Shown here one piece after another: positions 57,970-64,000 of a DNA stretch of 64,000 nucleotides. Position numbers and translations under genes: made by a program. This DNA is from Chryseobacterium gleum (GTDB taxonomy: Bacteria > Bacteroidota > Bacteroidia > Flavobacteriales_D > Crocinitomicaceae), in contig CAMDAO010000003.1 of assembly GCA_945888595.1 (NCBI GenBank), forward strand, positions 1,188-65,187, given 5' to 3'. The notes beneath the pieces were generated by a model, which saw only the letters and a program-made list of their open reading frames with translations, had not been told where the DNA came from and did no database searches. Position 1 is the first letter of the stretch. Each line of letters opens with the position of its first letter.

Positions 57970-59289
57970 TTATTTTAAAAAAGTTAAATTTTTGAATTCC
58001 TTTTCAGTGATATATCTGCTCCAATTGAAAATGCTCAATTTAGTTTCATCGATGCGCTCAACGTAGGACCAAATCGCTGTTTTTTTGTTCCCAAAAAGAA
58101 TTCTACCATTGTTGGTTTCTTCAACAAAAATATTACCATTGTCAAGAACCCTAGCTAGACCTTCTGTGTAGGTTCCGATTTTTGAACTTTTAAAAAAAGA
58201 AGTGTAAGGAGTAGTGCAGGAATTTGTTTCAAAATTAATGACGTATAAATTATTGTGACCATCTACTAACGTTTGTTTTTTGTCGGTAAATTGGGCATCG
58301 ATTACGTTATTTCCAAAAACACTAATCGTGGTTGAATCCATAATATTAATATCATGCTGTCTCAACCAAGGTCCTTTCTTTGACCAAATGATCTTATTCG
58401 TAGAAGGTCGATATTGTACAATCAAATTTTGATTTCTTAAACTTAAAAATAAGTCATCTTTTTTCCAATATTTACCATCGAATAAGGCGGGTTGAATATC
58501 ATTTAAATGGCTGTAATCTAAATACATTATTTGGGAAGAAAAATCTGGATTTACGAAAAAATTGGCTCTTCCGTAACCGTTTTCCATTAATAGATCAAAG
58601 ACTGATTTTTCAAAAATAATCTGCCCAGTTTTTAATGATATTTTTTGAATAGCATCATCTTGAATGAGGTATTTTTTTTGATTTCTTGTCGAACGATTGT
58701 ATCCGCAAATCCAATAATCGCCTTCACTGGATGCTTCAATAGAGTGTGTGTTTTTGTTTTTGTTCGACCAAATTAGTTTTGAATTTTTATCTACTTTATA
58801 AGTACCCCCGGATCCAAAGACAAGGGAACCATCAGGCAGCAAAACTGGATGCTGCATGCTTGTTGTGTTTTTGGTTAAACGATGCTTTTCACCATTTGTC
58901 GATGAAGTATTGTAGATGTCATTTAACTCATCGATATTGACAACCCATTTATGCAGAATAGCCCCATCACTAATTCGCACCAATTTCACGATGGATTGCG
59001 CCAAAGAATCATTCCAAACAGAAACAAGAAGATAATCTTTACTAGGAGTATAGTTGCTAGATTTATTAAAGCCGCTTTTAAGCTTGAAATTGCTCTCAAC
59101 CACCATTTGTGTATTTATCTTTTTATACTCTTTGATGTTGGATAAAAATGATGATAGAAAAAGCACTATTTCTCGAGAAGTCCCTTTAATAGATCCATTT
59201 AACATTACGTTTCGCGTAATTCCCATAGAAAAAAGAATGGCAAAGAAAAAGATCCAAAAAGCAATAATGTATTTTATTCGTTTTTTCAT
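57970..59289 (-). CDS. Membrane-anchored aryl-sulfotransferase (ASST)-like beta-propeller protein, paralogue A
   Basis: Colinear with 54619-55914 over the full length. More than half of positions are identical in my by-eye alignment (SIVKLVRI.DG...HKWVVNID, YSHLNDIQP, LFLSLRNQN, YRPSTNKIIWS..GPWLRQHDI). Confidence 0.5.
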   Translation of the reverse strand: MKKRIKYIIAFWIFFFAILFSMGITRNVMLNGSIKGTSREIVLFLSSFLSNIKEYKKINTQMVVESNFKLKSGFNKSSNYTPSKDYLLVSVWNDSLAQSIVKLVRISDGAILHKWVVNIDELNDIYNTSSTNGEKHRLTKNTTSMQHPVLLPDGSLVFGSGGTYKVDKNSKLIWSNKNKNTHSIEASSEGDYWICGYNRSTRNQKKYLIQDDAIQKISLKTGQIIFEKSVFDLLMENGYGRANFFVNPDFSSQIMYLDYSHLNDIQPALFDGKYWKKDDLFLSLRNQNLIVQYRPSTNKIIWSKKGPWLRQHDINIMDSTTISVFGNNVIDAQFTDKKQTLVDGHNNLYVINFETNSCTTPYTSFFKSSKIGTYTEGLARVLDNGNIFVEETNNGRILFGNKKTAIWSYVERIDETKLSIFNWSRYITEKEFKNLTFLK

Positions 59290-59343
59290 TGGATAGATTC
59301 AACGTGCTATGCTAAAGTAGTTTTTTTTTTGATATGTTGAAGA

Positions 59344-59538
59344 TTACTTTTTCAATAGCTTATATACTCTAAACAGTCTGAATACGGCATAGGTTAGTAA
59401 AATAGCTATAAGAACTTTTCGCATAGTTTCGCTAAGTTTCCAATCTATTGAGTCTGTAAAAGCCAGATTATACGATAATGTTATGCAGGCGACAGAAATA
59501 AATAAAGCAAGTAGTATATTAATTATATTGTAGTTCAT
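59344..59538 (-). CDS. 64-aa two-TM membrane protein
   Basis: MNYNIINILLALFISVACITLSY...VLIAILLTYAVFRLFRVYKLLKK. It is the first ORF after the tonB terminator, 54 nt upstream of paralogue A. Confidence 0.45.
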   Translation of the reverse strand: MNYNIINILLALFISVACITLSYNLAFTDSIDWKLSETMRKVLIAILLTYAVFRLFRVYKLLKK

Positions 59539-59597
59539 TCTTTATACACTTAATTCTGGTTTAGAATAAATATGAATTATTTTTGAGATGACTAATT

Positions 59598-59634
59598 AAA
59601 AAAAATCCCCGAAAGCAAAAGTAGCTACGGGGAT
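59598..59634 (-). terminator. Rho-independent terminator of the exbB-exbD-exbD-tonB operon
   Basis: Stem ATCCCCG / CGGGGAT with a 16-nt loop, followed on the minus strand by T8. It lies 21 nt after the tonB stop. Confidence 0.65.
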
Positions 59635-59654
59635 TATACTGTATTTCAAATTAA

Positions 59655-60494
59655 TCAATTTGCTAATTGAAATTTTACAACTGCTTTACAATTCGATTTC
59701 GTTGTTCTTCCATTTAATTTTGCAGGAGTCCAGTTAGGCATCATCGCAATAACTCTTTTTGCCTCTTTGTCACATTCAGGACAACCAGGTACTCCTTTTA
59801 AAACAGTAATATTTGTGATGTTACCACTTTTATCAACGATAAAGTTCAAGTAGCATCTACCTTCTAACCCTTCTTCAATGGCTGTTTCAGGATATTTTAA
59901 ATGTTGACTTAAAAATGCAGCATAACCAGAAAAAGTAGCTTCTTCATCCACAAATGCAGGTATTTCTTCCACAGGTTCAACTATTTTAACAACTGCAGCT
60001 TCAACAGGATCTACCACAAAGGTTTCTTCAACATCATTTGTTACATTAGACACTTTCTGTTCAGGTTCAATCAAAATAATATCTTCAACGACTTCATCAT
60101 CAGTTACAACGGGAGCTGTAAAAGCAATTGTTTTTTCCATTGGTGGCGGCGGAATCTCCACGGGCGGTGGAATTTCTTTCTCCGGCGGTGCAGCGGGTAT
60201 ATCAAATTGAGACATGTCAATCGGTGGCGGTTCAACCACAACGTCAGGTATAGATTTGATGTATCTATACGTTCCATAAGACGTACCAATTAAAAGACAT
60301 AAACCAAGAATGATAAAAACAATTTTCTTGTCATAGTCTTTTCGTATTTCATACGCCCCATACTCTTTGTTTCTGGACTCAAAAACAATTTCATTTCTAG
60401 TAGATGAAGTAACTTGTTGCCAATTACGAGCTGAAAAATAGTCGTAAAGCGATACCAATACTATTAGAAAAATTACGCTTAGTGTAATTGCCAT
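59655..60494 (-). CDS. tonB: Energy transducer TonB
   Basis: N-terminal TM, a Pro-rich spacer PPPIDMSQFDIPAAPPEKEIPPPVEIPPPP, and a C-terminal TonB domain (..YPETAIEEGLEGRCYLNFIVDKSGNITNITVLKG). Confidence 0.85.
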   Translation of the reverse strand: MAITLSVIFLIVLVSLYDYFSARNWQQVTSSTRNEIVFESRNKEYGAYEIRKDYDKKIVFIILGLCLLIGTSYGTYRYIKSIPDVVVEPPPIDMSQFDIPAAPPEKEIPPPVEIPPPPMEKTIAFTAPVVTDDEVVEDIILIEPEQKVSNVTNDVEETFVVDPVEAAVVKIVEPVEEIPAFVDEEATFSGYAAFLSQHLKYPETAIEEGLEGRCYLNFIVDKSGNITNITVLKGVPGCPECDKEAKRVIAMMPNWTPAKLNGRTTKSNCKAVVKFQLAN

Positions 60495-60496
60495 AA

Positions 60497-61135
60497 TTAT
60501 TTAAGTTTAGCTTTTATCAATTCATCCTCACTGCGCATCAAATCCACAGGTGCCATCATTCCGACTTGAGCAATTCTCAATTCATCAATTACATCTATGA
60601 AATTCTTACAAAGAGCTTCATTATCTGTTTTTATCAGAACTTTTAATGCCTCTGTATTTTCTTTTGCTTTCTTAATTAAATCCGTATGCTCTTTATCAGT
60701 AATCATACCTTTAGCAAATTGAGCGTCGTATTTTTTTACATTCAGCAAAACGTAATTATTTTTATCGGTTAAAAGTTTTCTCAAACCAGTAGGACCGAAA
60801 TTTGTTTCTGATAATTGCGTTGCAGGTTTTCCTTTCGGATTTCCAGCTGCATAATATTCACCTTCGTAATAAAATAATCTATTTTCGCTCAATAGAAAAG
60901 TGATTGCATGATTAATCTTTGTTTCCTTGGGTGGAGGAACATCTTTGTCAATTTTAGCAGGGTAAATTAAACTCATCACCTTCGGTTTACTAAAAGTAGA
61001 CGTCATGACAAAGAATGTTAATAATAAAAAAGCTAAATCAACAAGAGGAGTCATATCAACTCTTGTAGAACCTTTCTTTGCACGTTTTTTCCCTTCTTTT
61101 TCATGGCCTCCGCCACCTTCTCCCATGTCTGCCAT
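60497..61135 (-). CDS. exbD: Biopolymer transporter ExbD (long form)
   Basis: VDMTPLVDLAFLLLTFFVM motif and a single TM. Confidence 0.8.
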   Translation of the reverse strand: MADMGEGGGGHEKEGKKRAKKGSTRVDMTPLVDLAFLLLTFFVMTSTFSKPKVMSLIYPAKIDKDVPPPKETKINHAITFLLSENRLFYYEGEYYAAGNPKGKPATQLSETNFGPTGLRKLLTDKNNYVLLNVKKYDAQFAKGMITDKEHTDLIKKAKENTEALKVLIKTDNEALCKNFIDVIDELRIAQVGMMAPVDLMRSEDELIKAKLK

Positions 61136-61139
61136 AGTA

Positions 61140-61811
61140 CTATTGTTTTTCTCCTTTGCCAGCTTCTAAAGAAGTGACAAAGTTTAAATTATTTAAATCT
61201 AAATCTCTAAATGTTTCAATTACTTTCTTGACATGACCATAAAGAGCTTTTCCATCCGCTTTCAAAATGAATTTTGGTTTAAATTCGTTCATTTCCACTT
61301 CTGGATCTTTGTCTGCAGCTTCTTCGTATTTCAACTTTCCAGCAGCAGTACCTTCTCTATTTCCAAAGTCAATCCAATCTTTCAATTGATTATTAATTGA
61401 ATCATTAGGAATTGAAAATCCTGTTTTTTTCCTTTCTTCAGCACTTAAATTTAGGTAGGCAGGTAATTGTTGAATAGAACATCCGAAACTTGGTAATGTG
61501 CTAAATTTCTTGTAATGTTCATCAGAAAATCCAACTTTGTATTTCGCAGACATACTCTTCAATACTCTTACTCTTGCATCTTCACCAGCTGTAAATCCGT
61601 AAAAAACCCGCCCTCCTTTATTTATGGTAATCAGTACCACATTTTTCGGTGTTTCTAAGTCAGCAATACTCGAAGGAGTATCAATAACGACCGGTTCTTC
61701 TGAACGGAAATTAGCTGTAAGCATAAAGAAAGTTACCAATAAGAAAGCTAAATCTACCATTGGTGTCATATCAATAGTAGGAGTTCCTTTAGGTCCTTTT
61801 ATTTGAGCCAT
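61140..61811 (-). CDS. exbD: Biopolymer transporter ExbD (long form)
   Basis: IDMTPMVDLAFLLVTFFML motif and a single TM. Confidence 0.8.
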   Translation of the reverse strand: MAQIKGPKGTPTIDMTPMVDLAFLLVTFFMLTANFRSEEPVVIDTPSSIADLETPKNVVLITINKGGRVFYGFTAGEDARVRVLKSMSAKYKVGFSDEHYKKFSTLPSFGCSIQQLPAYLNLSAEERKKTGFSIPNDSINNQLKDWIDFGNREGTAAGKLKYEEAADKDPEVEMNEFKPKFILKADGKALYGHVKKVIETFRDLDLNNLNFVTSLEAGKGEKQ

Positions 61812-61863
61812 TTCGTTCTTTTATATATTAATAAATACTAGCTTTTAAAACAAAAGCAATGTC

Positions 61864-62691
61864 TTATTTAGCAGAAGCTGTAAAATCTTGTACAATTGTA
61901 AAAGATGCTTCATCCATGCTATGTGTAATTTGATCAACTTTAGTAGAGAATAAGTTGAAGAAAATAATTGCAATTGTAGAAGCGAAGATACCTAAAGCTG
62001 TGTTAATAAGTGCTTCAGAAATACCTGTCGCTAATTGCGCTGTATCTGGAGTACCAGCTGACATCGCAGCAAATGATTTAATCATCCCTAACACTGTTCC
62101 AATCAAACCAATTAAGGTAGCAATCGAAGCACATGTAGAAAGAATTACTAAGTTTTTTGACAACATTGGTAATTCTAATGCAGTCGCTTCTTCTAGTTCC
62201 TTTTTAAGTGTTTCAATTTTTTGCTCTTTATTCATTTCTGTCTCAGCTTGCATGTGCTCGTATTTGGTCAAACCAGCCAATACTACATTCGCTAAAGACC
62301 CTCTTTGCACATCACACTCTTCTTTAGCAACTGAAATTTCTTTGCTGCCCATTAAGTTCTTGATTTTTACAACAAATTTGTTGATGTTTCCTTTTCCTTT
62401 TGCTTTTGCTAAACTGATGAAACGTTCAACCGTAAAAATAATTACGATAAAGTTAACAGCTAATAAAAAAGGAACAATAATACCTCCTTTATATACGATA
62501 GCTAAAAAATTACCTTCTAAAGGTTCTCCGGTGTTATCACTCATTCCTGGAAGCCCACTTCCTTTGACGAAATTATTAGCGTCTCCAAAAATGTATTTAT
62601 AAACGATAAAACCAATAACTAAAGCAATTGCAATAGCGATTGATGAAACTAATGATGAAAAACCTCCTGTTGTTTTTTGATTTGTACTCAT
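61864..62691 (-). CDS. exbB: MotA/TolQ/ExbB proton channel
   Basis: Three TM segments with the conserved C-terminal block ISEALINTALGIFASTIAIIFFNLF. Confidence 0.85.
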   Translation of the reverse strand: MSTNQKTTGGFSSLVSSIAIAIALVIGFIVYKYIFGDANNFVKGSGLPGMSDNTGEPLEGNFLAIVYKGGIIVPFLLAVNFIVIIFTVERFISLAKAKGKGNINKFVVKIKNLMGSKEISVAKEECDVQRGSLANVVLAGLTKYEHMQAETEMNKEQKIETLKKELEEATALELPMLSKNLVILSTCASIATLIGLIGTVLGMIKSFAAMSAGTPDTAQLATGISEALINTALGIFASTIAIIFFNLFSTKVDQITHSMDEASFTIVQDFTASAK

Positions 62692-62957
62692 AATTTGAAT
62701 TTTTATTTTTAAGTAAAATTTTATCCGACAAACATAATAAAAAGGTTTTAAATAACCTTAAAAAAAAATAATATTATCGGCATTATTGTCTAAACGGTCT
62801 TATTTTAAAATTATTTTATTTTTACTGTTAATTCCTCATCATTTTACTATTAATCACATATTAATTCTTTAATCAATACTCATTTTCATAGGCCGATATG
62901 AAATAAAACCAATCTTCCATTTCAGAACGATGCCATCCAAAAAAAAGCGGGAAGAAA

Positions 62958-64000
62958 TTAATTTCCTTTTATTTCAAATTCGGTTCTCCTGTTTTGCTGC
63001 CTTCCTTCATCAGATGAATTAGAGTTAACTGGTTTTGAAGCACCGTACCCTTTTGCTGTCAAACGAGTTGGCGCTATTCCTTTGTTTTTTAGATACGTTA
63101 CAACTGCTTCTGCTCTTTGCTGCGATAATGTCTCATTAATCGCTGCCGAGCCGGTGTTATCAGTATGACCAGATATCTCAATTTTCAACGTTGGAACATC
63201 TTTTAATAATTTTACAATTCGGTCGAGTTCGCCATTTGACTCCATTCGCAAGGTTGATTTCCCAGTATCAAAAAAGACGTTTCTTAATGCGATCTTGCTG
63301 CCTATAGCAATGTTTTTTAATTCAATTACTTTATTTACCAAATTATCTCCGCTTCCTGAAGGGATATCAAAGTTCTCTGAATGGAAAAGGTATCCTTTAG
63401 ATTTTACGGCGATTCCATAATTTTTGCCAGACACTAAGGTGATTATAAATTTACCTGTTGCGCTATTTGTAGTAAAAGTTTCGATTACTTTTCCTGTCAA
63501 ATTATCATTGATTTCAATTTCTGCTTCAATCGGTTTTTTTGTCAGAGCATCTATCGTGATTCCTTTAAAAACAGTAAAAGATTTTGTATGAACTACTACA
63601 GATGCTTCAATTTGATGATCTTTCATAGGCATGGCAATCGATGAAAGTAAAAAGTCTTCCATGTCTATAATTGGTTTTTTTTCTGGTCCCCAAAAAGTTA
63701 CTTTATAAATATCATAGCCTCCTTTCCCTCCAGCTCGATTCGATGAAATGTAGGCAAATTTCCCATTGGCCGTGGGTGAAAAAAAGAAATCATCGTAGGG
63801 TGTATTAATAGGGTATCCTAAATTTTGGGGCGTTGTCCAGATACCTCTTGATTTTCTTGAAACAAAAATATCATATCCACCAATAGATTCATTTCCTTCC
63901 GATGCAATGTACATCGTTTCTCCATCAATTGTTAAATAGATAGGTCCATCATTGAATTTAGAATTCATTTGAACCATTGTTACTCCAGCTTGGTAATCTT
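62958..64000 (-). CDS. OmpA-family protein with TolB-like PD40 repeats and CarboxypepD_reg-like domain (5' end outside window)
   Basis: The frame stays open from the listed Met (63977) to base 64000. PD40-like GGYDIFVSRKS and AYISSNRAGGKGGYDIYKV. OmpA C-terminal block ISGHTDNTGSAAINETLSQQRAEAV...NRRTEF. Confidence 0.8.
   Translation of the reverse strand, partial: DYQAGVTMVQMNSKFNDGPIYLTIDGETMYIASEGNESIGGYDIFVSRKSRGIWTTPQNLGYPINTPYDDFFFSPTANGKFAYISSNRAGGKGGYDIYKVTFWGPEKKPIIDMEDFLLSSIAMPMKDHQIEASVVVHTKSFTVFKGITIDALTKKPIEAEIEINDNLTGKVIETFTTNSATGKFIITLVSGKNYGIAVKSKGYLFHSENFDIPSGSGDNLVNKVIELKNIAIGSKIALRNVFFDTGKSTLRMESNGELDRIVKLLKDVPTLKIEISGHTDNTGSAAINETLSQQRAEAVVTYLKNKGIAPTRLTAKGYGASKPVNSNSSDEGRQQNRRTEFEIKGN

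Noticed and set aside
61955-62602. 215-aa plus-strand ORF
   Set aside because: It lies entirely antisense to exbB, whose product has clear MotA/ExbB motifs, so it is a shadow ORF. The same reasoning applies to 47931-48299 (antisense to paaA), 50793-51179 (antisense to hisS), 30584-30835, 30919-31212 and 46455-46775.
1-64000. Mobile elements, prophage, defence islands, rRNA
   Set aside because: No transposase, integrase, recombinase, restriction-modification, toxin-antitoxin or phage structural motifs were recognised in any listed ORF. No rRNA-like sequence was seen. The only hint of past mobility is the decayed frame next to the tRNAs.

Overview
AT-rich chromosomal segment that reads like a Flavobacteriia-type Bacteroidota genome. 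Supporting signs are TAnnTTTG -7 promoter boxes, a T9SS C-terminal sorting domain, a fused ResB-CcsA, a TPR/LytTR two-component pair, a BshB1-like deacetylase and an ExbB-ExbD-ExbD-TonB operon. I count about 57 protein-coding genes, 5 tRNAs (one on the plus strand facing four on the minus strand), one clear gene fragment and several intergenic tandem-repeat arrays. I saw no rRNA, CRISPR array, transposase, integrase or phage genes. Most of the window is housekeeping: folP, tpiA, prmA, plsY, clpS, map, sucC, phoH, purC, ccsBA, hisS, hutH, paaABC. Five parts deserve a second look. (1) At 10.4-24.3 kb, a 1539-aa orphan secreted protein, plsY and a 2890-aa protein are packed head-to-tail. The 2890-aa protein has a TPR/TolB-like N-terminal module that a paralogue in this window joins directly to an OmpA domain. 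Here that module is instead followed by about 2000 aa of coiled coil with about 10 divergent 100-aa repeats and three C-terminal SPOR domains. (2) At 52.9-59.5 kb, a same-strand cluster combines a cytoplasmic P-loop sulfotransferase, two membrane-anchored aryl-sulfotransferase-like paralogues, an exported amidohydrolase and three small membrane proteins. I know of no described pathway with this composition, and it is my best candidate for an undescribed system. (3) Several unrelated tandem-repeat arrays sit in consecutive intergenic regions at 30.6-34.3 kb: 23 x 7 bp, 4.7 x 24 bp, 2 x 23 bp, plus TAGAC/GTCTA motif arrays. (4) A TPR-histidine kinase/LytTR pair lies next to a T9SS-secreted thioredoxin-PKD-GEVED protein. 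(5) A small rearranged islet between map and sucC holds a truncated acyltransferase and a 446-bp non-coding gap. All family assignments come from motifs read by eye; no searches were run.
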